Source of the DNA: Craspedostauros australis
Taxonomy: Eukaryota
Reading direction: 5' to 3'
Assembly (NCBI GenBank): GCA_030167865.1
Contig: JALAGF010004754.1
Coordinates: 62,001-126,000 of the forward strand
Length of the DNA: 64,000 nucleotides
In this document: piece by piece, positions 22,265-33,421 of the stretch
Position numbering within the stretch: the stretch's first letter is position 1
Layout of the letters: each line of letters begins with the position of its first letter
The notes under the pieces: generated by a model
Seen by the model: the letters and a program-made list of their open reading frames with translations, nothing else
What the model was told of the DNA's origin: nothing
Database searches by the model: none
Program-made: the position numbers and the translations under genes

Positions 22265-22837
22265 TTAAGCAGTTCCCTCCTCCTTGCTGGTGCCGGCGTC
22301 CTCTTCCCCATCAGCCTTGGCGGCATCCGCGTCACCGGCAGATCCGTCCTTCTTTTCGTCGTCAGCGTTGGCCTTCGCCTCGGCTTCGATCTCCTCGGCC
22401 GACTTCTTCTTGGACCAGTAGGTGTCCATGTCCTCGTCCAGCTTCTTGGATGCGACAGTCTTGTCCTTGCTCTTCATCCAGTAGTCATCCATGCCGGCAT
22501 CCAGATCTTCCGCAGTCACGGGCTTCTTTGGCTGTTGTGGCTGCGACGATTTCTGGGCTTTCTTATTCTTGGCGGCCTCGGCATTGCGGTCCTTGTTCTT
22601 GTTGTACTTCTCCTTGTTCTTCTGCGAGTTGGGACCGACGCCGTACTTGGAGACCTGCTTTCTGCGCGGATTCTCACCTCGTTCGATGGCCTCCTTGCTG
22701 AGACGCACGCGGAGCTTCTCGCGCTTCTTCTTGCCGACCACGGCCTTGCCGGATGCCTTCTCCTTTCTGCCTCCCGTGGAGTTGTTGCTGTTCCTCTTTC
22801 CGCCTGGAGACTTTCTTGGTGATGATGTTTTCGCCAT
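22265..22837 (-). CDS. CHTOP/Friend-of-PRMT1 C-terminal domain protein (basic, nuclear, mRNA-export related)
   Basis: Lys-rich N-terminus from MAKTSSPRK; duplicated motif TAEDLDAGMDDYW...LDEDMDTYW (FoP_duplication/UAP56-binding type). Confidence 0.75.
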   Translation of the reverse strand: MAKTSSPRKSPGGKRNSNNSTGGRKEKASGKAVVGKKKREKLRVRLSKEAIERGENPRRKQVSKYGVGPNSQKNKEKYNKNKDRNAEAAKNKKAQKSSQPQQPKKPVTAEDLDAGMDDYWMKSKDKTVASKKLDEDMDTYWSKKKSAEEIEAEAKANADDEKKDGSAGDADAAKADGEEDAGTSKEEGTA

Positions 22838-22874
22838 GCTGCTCTGTCTTGATGCTTGTCTTCTATTGTGCCTG

Positions 22875-22928
22875 TGTATGTCCTTGTATGTCCTTGTATG
22901 TCCTTGTATGTCCTTGTATGTCCTTGTA
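22875..22928. repeat. 10-bp tandem repeat (TGTATGTCCT)x5, just upstream of the CHTOP-like start codon
   Basis: Perfect repeat read directly from the sequence. Confidence 0.95.
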
Positions 22929-23479
22929 ATCCACGAAGTGAATGCCGTCTGTCTTGATGATGTTTGGGTTTGGTTTGTTGTGGACGTCAAAGTGGTGGTG
23001 GTTGTCGTCGTCGTCGTCGCCGTCGCCGTCGTCGTGTGGGTATCCTTGTTTGGGGTGTTGCTGTATCGTGCGTTGCGTCGTTTGTGGTTGATTTTGTTTT
23101 CGCGATTTCGATGCGTTGGTTTTTTGCCGCACCAATGAATGACCGCTTCGATTCGTTGGACCACATGACGCGGCTTCGCCCAAAAACACGATTGTGTGGT
23201 TTGGGGGCAAGGAGCCAAAGATGGGACATGAGGTCAGTATCACATCTCCCCCTTTATTATCCATGTTTCGTTGTTTCAACCCCACTTTTGACAACCGATC
23301 AAACCCCGAAATCCTCAGACCTCCAAACAACACACAACACACAACGCCAACACGCCAAGCGACCATCACCCTCCTCGCCGACAGCGAGAGGCGGAAACGA
23401 GAATGATCCAACATGATGTGCCAACCATGTCACCACATGTTATCGCATGCCGCCACATGCCATCGCGTGAACATTTGGT

Positions 23480-23509
<30 letters not shown>
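23480..23509. repeat. (AGC)10 microsatellite immediately upstream of the pseudouridine synthase ATG
   Basis: Read directly from the sequence. Confidence 0.95.
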
Positions 23510-23510
<1 letters not shown>

Positions 23511-23515
23511 GGAGT

Positions 23516-25051
23516 ATGATACGAAGAGCTTCCTCAACGTTGTGCCATCTCCGTACTCGCAGGACCATCCAGAGACACTTGCTCATCGTCGTCATCACCA
23601 TCATGCTCTTGCCAAAGTCGATGCTCCTGAGAGCAAGGGCATACGGATACCAGTGCTATTCGATATCCTCGTTGCGACGATCAACGGGCTCTGCGGCCGA
23701 GCATGTAGCAGATGGAGGCGCAACGAACAGACTTCCCTGGCAAACGGCTGTCAGTGATGCATTCGACGTCGGGATGATCGCGACACCTGCTTCATCTTCG
23801 AAGTTGCGGAGGATTCAGCCGTCGCCAATGTCATTCTCATCAAGACTGCAAGGGTGTGGATCTCTGAGATCTGCCTCCACGCGTCCACCATGCCAGCCAT
23901 CCGCCATGCACCCGCAGCTTGCCATGCACCAGCAGTCTCGCAACCTTTCAACGCGCCTCTTCGCGATGAGAGGCGCGGTCGACGATGGCGGCGGCGGTTC
24001 AGATGACGGCAGTCATGACCAGGACAAGAAGAAGAAAAAGAAGAAGAAGGGCAAAGGCGCAATCAACAACCCTGCGCAGAGCTACCGCGCCGATCGGGTG
24101 CTGTCGAACCGAGGTTGGGGGACTCGATCGGAATGCTTCCAAATCCTCAAGGCCAAGCGCGTCACGATGCGCCGGGGCGACACCTTCGAGCGGGTGCCAG
24201 GCCCGGCGCATAAGATCCCGCTGAATGCGTCGTTGTGGATCGACCAGAAGGAGGAGGTCGAGAAGCCGCCGCCGCTGATCCGCATCTACCACAAGCCCAA
24301 GTGGGTGCTCAGCGTGATGCGCGATGAGGAATTGCAACGGCCCAACCTGGAGAATCTGCCGTTCCTGCAAAAGGGCAAGCTGCATCCGGTGGGGCGGTTG
24401 GACTACGACACGTCGGGGTTGCTGCTGTTCAGTTCGAAGGGGACGCTGACGCAGACCTTGCTGCATCCCAATCACGAGGTAGAGAAGGAGTACGCCGCCT
24501 TGGTGGTCGGCAAGGTCACCCACGACGTTCTGAAGACGCGGTTGCTGGAGGGCGTCAACACGACCATGGGCACGTTCTCGGCAGATCTGATCGAGTCGTC
24601 GGATGTGCCGGAGGGCGAAGTGCAGACATTGATCGCGGACATTCTAAATAACTTGCCACCTGAGTACAACGTGAAGAAGCTGGAGGATGAGGGGCACCTG
24701 GACTTCCGGCACGCGAAGGAATTGAGCCGCGTGCGCGTGGTGGTGCGGGAAGGCAAGCACAGGATGGTGCGCCGGATGCTGGCAAACGCAGGGCACGAGG
24801 TGATCGGGCTGAAGAGGGAGCGGTTGGGTGCCATCCATCTTGACGATCTGCCTGTTGGCGAATATCGTGAAATGACGCAGACGGAAGCATCATGGATCGA
24901 CGATGTCTTGAACGGCAAGAAGAAGAAAAAGAAGAGCAAGAGCAACGTCAAAGCCGAGGCCAAGGTCGAGAACACGAAGGATTCCCACGACAGCAACAAA
25001 CGCCCCACGGACAAGTCAACTCGGAGTCAACAACCGCAGTCTTCTCAGTAG
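23516..25051 (+). CDS. RsuA/RluB/E/F-family rRNA pseudouridine synthase, probably organelle-targeted
   Basis: S4-like RADRVLSNRGWGTRSEC, YHKPKWV, catalytic PVGRLDYDTSGLLL, VEKEY, EGKHRMVRRM, LKRERLG. Long N-terminal extension; start codon uncertain. Confidence 0.9.
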   Translation: MIRRASSTLCHLRTRRTIQRHLLIVVITIMLLPKSMLLRARAYGYQCYSISSLRRSTGSAAEHVADGGATNRLPWQTAVSDAFDVGMIATPASSSKLRRIQPSPMSFSSRLQGCGSLRSASTRPPCQPSAMHPQLAMHQQSRNLSTRLFAMRGAVDDGGGGSDDGSHDQDKKKKKKKKGKGAINNPAQSYRADRVLSNRGWGTRSECFQILKAKRVTMRRGDTFERVPGPAHKIPLNASLWIDQKEEVEKPPPLIRIYHKPKWVLSVMRDEELQRPNLENLPFLQKGKLHPVGRLDYDTSGLLLFSSKGTLTQTLLHPNHEVEKEYAALVVGKVTHDVLKTRLLEGVNTTMGTFSADLIESSDVPEGEVQTLIADILNNLPPEYNVKKLEDEGHLDFRHAKELSRVRVVVREGKHRMVRRMLANAGHEVIGLKRERLGAIHLDDLPVGEYREMTQTEASWIDDVLNGKKKKKKSKSNVKAEAKVENTKDSHDSNKRPTDKSTRSQQPQSSQ

Positions 25052-25669
25052 CAGCACACCCAAGTACAATACCGCGTGACACAAGTAAAAAACTCTCCGG
25101 GAATAGTTTGGTATCTCCCTGAGTGCCTGCCTATCTGCCCACATGATGATGTTCGTTGAGCACTCCAATGTGGGAGCTCTGTTCCAGATTGCTCCACTAG
25201 TCGACGAGCTACCTACTACAGTCTCTATCCGACGCCACCTCAATCCCGCTGCCGCCAAGCACAAACAGCCAGTCGCCAGCGTTTCGCAACGTGGGTCCCG
25301 TTATCATCGACATCACGCCACGAACGATGCTCCAACTCGACTCAACGCCACTGGACTCGACAACACGATAGTCGTTGCTTTTTTGTCTTTTTTAGTATTA
25401 TGTTATATTTGAATAAGAAGTGCTGATGTACGATAGTAGTGTCTCAGTTGCGCACGCAGGTGTGCGTTTGCAGCGGTGTTTTGTTTGATCCCCCAAATTC
25501 CCCAGGACAGGAATTGAAATTCATTGCGCGGATGATCCATCGCCAACAAATGATGGCGATGGGGTCCGTGACGGATGCTCGACTGGCGAGTGATGGCAGC
25601 GTTAGCGTTGCTGCCTGCAGATGGAGCGAAGTGGCTCAGGTGTGTGCCGTTTTGTTGTTTTGTTTTTCT

Positions 25670-26746
25670 TCAGCGTCGCCTTCCGGCGCGCTTCTGCGAA
25701 TCGCCCATGTCGGATTCACTCCCGATTTCGGAGTCGGTTTCGACGAGAGAGGAGTCCTCTCGGTACCCCTTCTGGAATCTGGGGGCGATACCGCCCTCGG
25801 TCATCTCTGTGTGGCAGAACTCCAGCCTCGTGTAGATCTTGAGGTCTTTGCGGTTGTGCGGCGGCTTCTTCTTCTTGTAGTCCTGCGGACAGACGTTGGA
25901 GATCTCGTAGACGCTGAGGTAGATGGGCTGCTTGCCGGAGACGGCGCTGAGCGAGAATGGACGCACGCCCGGCACGTTCATGGACTTCCACTTGATCCAG
26001 TCGCAGTAGGCGCTCCACAGACACATGGTGTAGGTGTCGTCCAGGTTCCAGTCGACGCTGCCCGCGCCCATGCGGCGACGGCGCTTGACGGATTCCGGCG
26101 TCTCGAAGAGCTCGTAGCCCAGATCGGGCAGCTTCTCGCTCGGCTTGGTGATGACGATGCGGTCCATGCTGGCCTCGACGGGGAAGGAGAGGTGGGTCTT
26201 CTCGTACCTGCCCTCGTTGATGGCCTCCTGGTCCAGCAACGAGGGCTTCTTCATGTCGATGCCCCAGCTGTAGTGAAAGCCCGAGTTGATTCTGCGGATC
26301 ATGGCCAGGAGGACGTTGGAGAGGCCCTTGGTGAACCTGGAGACCTTGATGGGGTCGTTGACCTCGCAGCCCAGGAAGAGGGGGCCGGTGGGCACCTTTT
26401 TGAGCTTGACCTGGAATTGGAATTCGAAGCGGCGCTTGTAGCTCTTCATGTAGTTGGAGACGCGGCAGGGGATGTCGCCGCGGGGCTTCATTTCCTTGAT
26501 GTCGTCTACGTCCGGCGTTCTTACCAGGAGCATGATGTGTCCGGAGAAGCACTCGTTGTCGATGGGCATGGGGACGTTGTTTGGGATGATCTCGTTCATG
26601 GAGTGGCAATCGACGATGCTGACCCGCTTCAGCTGCGGGTGCTGGTCAGCGTGAGTGGCGTTCATGCTGCTGTCGCTTGTGCCGCTGCTGTGTTTGGTGT
26701 CCGAGGCTGTTTGATGTTGCATTGTGTCCACTTGTGCCACGCCCAT
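25670..26746 (-). CDS. DUF1769-like protein
   Basis: Strong C/G-ending codon bias. NECFSGHIMLLVR...KRRFEFQFQVK...LFLGCE...FHYSWG...DWIKW fits the recalled DUF1769 pattern. Start uncertain. Confidence 0.65.
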   Translation of the reverse strand: MGVAQVDTMQHQTASDTKHSSGTSDSSMNATHADQHPQLKRVSIVDCHSMNEIIPNNVPMPIDNECFSGHIMLLVRTPDVDDIKEMKPRGDIPCRVSNYMKSYKRRFEFQFQVKLKKVPTGPLFLGCEVNDPIKVSRFTKGLSNVLLAMIRRINSGFHYSWGIDMKKPSLLDQEAINEGRYEKTHLSFPVEASMDRIVITKPSEKLPDLGYELFETPESVKRRRRMGAGSVDWNLDDTYTMCLWSAYCDWIKWKSMNVPGVRPFSLSAVSGKQPIYLSVYEISNVCPQDYKKKKPPHNRKDLKIYTRLEFCHTEMTEGGIAPRFQKGYREDSSLVETDSEIGSESDMGDSQKRAGRRR

Positions 26747-29700
26747 GCTTGCTGTTGCTGTTGTTTGTGCTGTTGCTGCTTCGGTTGCGGTTGCCGTTGA
26801 TGCTGGCTGCGGTGGTGGTTTGCTGGACGATTGAATCGTTGCCTTGTGTTGGTTGCTGTTGTGTCTGGGACGTTGGTCGTGTCCTTGCGTCTGCTCCTGT
26901 CGCTCGTGTTCTTGTGTCTGCTGCTATTGATATCTGCGATTGTGTCTGTGTCTGTGTGTGATGCAGTATTAGAGGTGGTGGTGATGATGGTGGTGATACA
27001 GCTGTTGGTGGGAAAGTGACTGTTGTGGACAATGGGGATTGTCACTGGGTGTGCGTCTTTTCACGCGGTGCTGGATTATTATGGATCGTTGGTGATTTGC
27101 GCGGGCGGGTGGGATACTCCTGACGGCTGTTGTTGCTGTTACTGTTGCTGCTGCTGCTGCTGTTGCGGAAGCTAGTGGAGTGTCGCTGGTTGTCGCTGGT
27201 TGTCGCTGGTTGCTCAGTGTCTCTGCTGTCGTCGTGTTGGTAGGAGGTGCTGCTCTGCGCCTTTCCGGTTCTTCTTCCGACTTTTCTGGCGCTGTTTCAG
27301 TTGTGGGCTTGTCGGAACAAACCAGATCAAGCGTGTTATCGTACAATGGCGCAATGGGACAGTGATGTGTTGCAATGTGCTGCAGTGTGTTGTGGAGGGT
27401 GAACCAGAAAGGAATCGGCGCTTTGTTCTACTGCTGTGGGCAACGCCGGAATGCGATTGTTTGCTTCCTTGTCTTGGCGGATGGCTCAGTTGATTGTTGT
27501 GGTACAAGAAGCGTGCTTTGGAGTGTGCTTGAGGCTGTGGCTGATGCGGTGGCTGAGGCTGCGGCTGAGGACGATGCGAAAGCAGAAGGCACAATGCAAT
27601 GGATGGTCCGTAAGTGCGTTGGTGGAGTGACTGTGTGGTATGCTCGTGTAGTATGTTTGTTCCGTCTCCAGAGTGGTGGTTGTTCTGCCTCACTGTGCAC
27701 ACTACTGTTCCGCTCTATTCTGCTGTTTCTCTGCTTCACTTTGTGCGTCTCCGGTGATTCTCGGAAGTGTGCGTGTCTCCTCCGTGCCAAGAAAGATGCG
27801 TTTCTCTGTTGTGGTCTGCTTCGCTCTCTCTCTCTGTCTCTGTGTCTCTCTGTTTTCTACTCCCGCCTTTGCGCAGCCCCATGACGATTTTGTCGCGTTT
27901 CTCACGAGGGCACTCGTGTGTACGTACAAACTCGTAGCGTCACACGTAGAAACACGTGTACACCACAGCGCAGCCCACTGCTGTACGGACAACAAAGACG
28001 ACACAGACAAACGTTAAGAACAATCCCGCAAGCACCTGCCGTGTGCCAAAGCGACGCAGATGGAAGCGGAAGTTCTTGGCCAAAAAAAAAAAAAATTCAC
28101 GAACGTTGGTTGGCTGCAACGCGAGAGAGACGATTTTTTCGCGACGAATGCGTGCGCGTGAGCCCGACCACGAGGAAGACCGGGTCATCCGGCACAAAAG
28201 CGTCTTTGACTCGCCAGTGTCTGCCTCCGCAAGTGCCAGCAGCATCGTGAAAAGATGTTAGCAATGCCCTCCGCCCAAAGGCATCGGACAAACCGTGTGA
28301 CACCAGTGATACATAGAGCGATCGTGGATGACTCCTCAATCCATAAATGGAAAAGGGCTGTCTTTATGCCACACACATACCGGTTGCTTCCTCGATGGAT
28401 CGCTGAAAGTATCTCTGACACGGCGCAGGCCTTTTGCTGGTTGTGATGGAGAAATGATGTGACTATCGCTCTAGCTCCGATATGTAGCCTGCGGGCATGT
28501 GCAGCGCCAAAGACCTCCGGCAAATGACCTGCATCCAACGAACGATCTCCGTCGTCCAAGCCAAGCATGTTCTTTCAGACGAATCGGATTGCGGCGCAGA
28601 CAAATCGGATGGTCGGAGGCAAGGAGAGGAAGATGCGGGTGTCTGCAATGTTCTGCCCAAAAGCTCCGAGGAGGATGAGGCAAGGCGAAGACTAAGTACG
28701 ACCTACTCGTACATAAGAGCCATCCATGGCGCCAACGGGCGTTGCGACAGCAGTGACAGCATTGCGAAAGATGTTCATCGGAGCACTCCGCATGCGCGCG
28801 GAGATCGATCTATTTCGTCTCCCAAGTCACGATCACCACCCCCAAGAACACAATCCGGATCATGGTCGTGATTTCCTCAGAACTTCATCCTGTGGTATGC
28901 CACTCGACTTGTTTTTTATTCTTGCTTGCTACCATCGTTGTGATCGTTCGTTGGTCCTCTTCATCCAACCAAGACATGGGACATGGGACCTTGGAGCGCG
29001 GAGCGCAATTTCAAGACGCAATTTTAAAGCCATCAAGGCAGATCGGGGTTGACCGCCGCTGGCGACTCCGGATTGGCTTCCGTCTTGCTCGGACCAAAAC
29101 CAAGCAAGACCAAACAATGCAGGACCTGCAGGTGTCAATCACTCTCTTGGAGTTCGCGACAACAGCCAGCACGAACAAGATGATGCCCCTGGCCAATCGT
29201 GTCGCACGCAAGGACACGACCCCGTCTCACACCCGCGTCCGCGCTTGCAAATGCCTCAGTGCGTGCTACCATGCGTGCTTCCTCGATGTGTCAATCAGGT
29301 TTGATCATGTTTTTCTCCACATCCACAACCACGTTCCACTCCAACCAACGCTGGTCGTTTCAGAGTGTCCTCAATGCACAACACCAGACCACAACGATGC
29401 CGTTTTCCATTATCTACTTTTATTATGCGTTTGCCGCATTGTCCGTTGTGTATGTCTGTTTGATATTCTAGATGTCTGTTTGTCTCGTTGTTGTGTGCTT
29501 GTAAATTGGCTGTTTGTAAACAACTGTCTGTTTACCATATCGACCAGATGGACCACTTCAACGGTTCCTTCTTGATCGTCCCAATCGCTGATGCCCCTTT
29601 CTTTCGCAGTATCCGTGACTGGCCGAATCACTTTTCATTCGGAGAGACTCAGAATGACTCGCAAAGAAACAAAGAGAGACAACCAAGGATCCACGCTGTA

Positions 29701-30231
29701 ATGCGTCGCGGCGTGTCGCATCGCTGGACATCGTGGAATGTCCATCCAAGCGAACAGAAACAACACGAACGCGTGAAACGCCGTGCACAACTGGTCAGAA
29801 CCCGGCAGAGAGAAGAGGTGGGGAGATGGGAACAGCGCCACCATCAACAACTGGCACCACCAACGACAGCAACCCCGGCAGCTCCGACTAACGATAATAC
29901 CACGAGCTGCACTACTACAACAGCACATCCGGAGAGGATCCATCAACTCTGTCCACTCTGCTTCACAATTACTCGTAACATCCTCATACAATCCATCCGC
30001 GAAAGCTGCGGGTCGAGCAGGACACTTGCTTGCTTACGTGTGTACTCACGAATACCCAAACAAAGGCACACACTGACCCAGACCATCGCACGCAACACGC
30101 AGCACACAACACCCATTGCCTGCCAACGCTCCCCAAAGTGCATACGCGGACTCCATCATCAACTCCGGCGACGAAGCAGATAGCGAACGGATTTGAACAC
30201 AATCGAAACCCACACACAAACAAGCATCAGC

Positions 30232-32788
30232 ATGCCACCGTCAGACGCATCGCACTGGAAGAGCGCCGTCGATCCCAGATCGGGACGCACGTACTACTAC
30301 CATGAAGTGACTCGGGAGACCCAGTGGAGGAAGCCCCTCGAGCTGGCCTCGAAGGAGGAGCGCCGCGCCATGGAGGAGAAGGAACGCAGGCAGAAGGAGT
30401 TCTTCGCCGCCATGGAGTCCAACATCATGACCAGTCTGTCGCAGGGCATCGTGCCAGGGACGCCCAACCCCAGCACGCAGCCGCTTCTGCGCAAGAAGAG
30501 CAGCGTCAGGTCGAAGAAGAAGAAGAAGGGTGGTTCGGCGACGCCGGCACCGTACAGACCCATGGAGCTGGGCTCCGTCGGGGGCTCAAGGAAGCCAGGT
30601 CACGATGCAGGCGCTGCCGATGACGACGACGATGATGACGACGACGAAGGTGACGAACGCCCAGGGTTGATCCGGACGATCAGTGCCATGGACGAGACCG
30701 TCCTCAGCGATTTGATCCGACGGCAGCCGTCCTTCCGGGCGATCAAGAAGGAGTCCCTGAACCCTGGATCGTTGGGACGCACGCTGTCCACCCCGCTCAA
30801 CCCGCTCACCGAATCGGCGAGCGAGTTTGCCGCTGACGACGGAGATATCTTGTTTGATCCATTCCAGGGACTTCCGGATGAGGACCCCGGTGCCGATCTG
30901 GACGTCAGCGAGAGCAGTGAGGACAGCCTGGGGAATCTTCCGATCGGCTCCGCAAGGTCCAGCCGCTCTGCAAAGTCGCACGGCAGCGCTCTCAGCGGCA
31001 TGAGCGGGAGGATGAACGAGTCCAGCATATCCGGCTTCGGCTTGACGTGGGAGGAAACCCAGGCGCTCAAGCAACTGGCCAAAATCACGAAGGAGATGGT
31101 GGACGTCGAGAATGATGACATCCAGGCCGTGGAGCGCAAGCTGTCCAGAACCACCCTGTCGAGCTCCGTCGCTCCTGGGAGTTCGAGCGCTCCCGCCACT
31201 CCGAGCCTCGTCGCCAAGTCGAAGGATCTCGGGTCGAAGGGCAAGCGAGACCTGCCAATCGAGCTGGAGCTGGACGATGACAACAGCGAATCGAGCATCG
31301 GGGATGCCGAAGCGGCCCTGCCAGCCACAGACAAACCGACGCCGGCCAACTTCGGAAAGGAGAAGGCGAGGCCGCTGCCCCGCGAGCTGGAGTTCGATGA
31401 CTCCGATTCGGATCCAGAGTCGGACATTGAGGCTTCGCCTTTCCCCAAAGCCGAAAAGCGCAAGTCCGTGCGAATCAAGGAAGACAACGCGCCAGGCAAA
31501 GGAGGCAAGGGTGGCAAGTCGGAGCGCCCCAACATCACTCGGCGAAACACCTGCAGCACGCTGTACGTCGGAACAACCATGTCCGCGCCCGACAAGGACG
31601 CCACCATCAAGGTAAGTTTGCCTTTCGTACCGCACGCACTTGCGTCTGGTCGTGTGTGCGCGCCTGCCAATGTGTTTGGAAGTGTGAAAGGTGTCGAGGT
31701 GTAGTCCAATGCACATATGTATGCGAAGGTGTTGAGATGCGGCGTTTGCATGGCGTCGGATGATCGCAATATCATGTCACGACATGCATTGACGCCACGC
31801 TCGAACAGTGTTGGTGAAATGGAACCATTGGCGATTTGCATGAACCAGGCATGGATGCATGGATCCATGCACATGAGTGTTACACCAACACGAGCTTTGC
31901 ACATCGTTGGTCCCCTTGACCTATTCAAGTCTAACCCCAACCATTGCCAATTCGTCTGTATCTTGAAATTCATGTATTTCATGTACTCACATGCACAAAT
32001 ACGCACACGCACGTAAACATGATACGTTATAGTGCGTCTGCGGAGTGTACCGCGCTCACATCCTGTCGTCCGAACAAGACTTTGTCGGAAAGCAACAGCT
32101 CAAGGAAAAGCACACTATCTTCAACGATCTGGAATCCCAGCAGCAGCAGATCGATGACGACGGCTCGATGCCGCAATACTCCATCCCATCTCTGGAGGAG
32201 GTTGGCAAGTTCTACCGCGATATCTTCGTCAAGGCGCAGATGGAGTCCGATTGCATCATCATGTCGCTGATCTACGTCGAGCGCCTCATCAAGACGACGC
32301 GCGGCACACTGCGACCAAGGGCGAGCAACTGGCGCTCGATGCTATTCAGCTGCATGGTGCTCTCCAGCAAGGTCTGGGACGACCTGAGCATGTGGAATGC
32401 CGACTTCAGCCAATCCTGCCCACCAGGCGTCAGCTTCCCGCTGCAGCGCATCAACGAGCTGGAGCTGGCGATCCTGAATGTGCTCGAGTTCCAGGTGAAG
32501 GTCCCGGCCAGCGAGTACGCAAAGTACTACTTCCTCCTGCGCTCCATGCTCATTAAGAGCGGTCTTGGTGGAGACCAGATCACCACCCTCAACCCACTGG
32601 ACGTCGTCGGAGCCCTCCGCCTGCAGCAGGTGTCGTCGCAGTATGAAGCGGACTCGCTGGCCAAGGTCAGGGTGACGAGATCATTGAACAACCGCAGCAA
32701 AAGCCTCGGGGTTGCTGACAGACAGCGCGTTGCCAATATGCAAAACACGCCCACCAAGATCAGCCTGGAACAGGTCGTTAAGATGTAA
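30232..32788 (+). CDS. WW-domain plus cyclin Y-like protein; exons 30232-31611, 32033-32788
   Basis: WW: WKSAVDPRSGRTYYYHEVTRETQWRKP. Cyclin-Y-like: RRNTCSTLYV...TIK|CVCGVYRAHI, LIYVERL, NWR, SKVWDD, NELE, VPASEYAKYYF. Phase-0 gtaag...tag intron. Confidence 0.88.
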
Positions 32789-33421
32789 AGCTTGCTCGGC
32801 GATGGCTACGGCCTGACCTTGCTTCGGCTATGGGGCTGTGTACATCCGCGAGGATCCTCGTATGGGTTGGTAGACGGACCGAAGCAGTGTACTCCAATAG
32901 CATTGTACTCTCCGTCTGTCTATCTCTCTAAAGAGCACAAGTACTTTACCATCCAACTAATTTACGAGTATTCCAGTTAGAAGCGCAGGTGCAGGTAGAA
33001 TGTGCCAGTATGATGTATACTGGCAGTTGCGACGAAGAGCAGAGCACATGCTGTCTACTCGTACTGCACCAGCTTGAGAGTCGATAAGATGGTGCACGCG
33101 CTTGTCGTCTTGTGTCAAAACCGAATCTTCGCGCTCTTTGTTTCGACTTCCTACCACCACCAACACCATCACAAAAGCCAACCCAAACGTGGCTCGCTCG
33201 GATGCCCGAGGAACCATCACACAGCAAGCGCCGACAACCACAACAAGTATTCTCCACGAGCAACAGTCTCATCCTTGTGATCGGAAGCTCCGTTCGCCAT
33301 CCATAGTTGGCACAAAAGCAAGAGCTTGACGACATCGACCTCGCGTTGAAACAGCCAAACAAAGATACGTTCAGTTGCCTCCGAGTACTTGAATTTGTAG
33401 CAAGACCACACACCTCCGACC

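Noticed and set aside
25439-26800. 453-aa plus-strand ORF (likewise 10552-11880, 30600-32012, 36865-37908, 38740-40296, 41637-42752)
   Set aside because: These are antisense shadows of GC3-rich real genes and carry no recognisable motifs.
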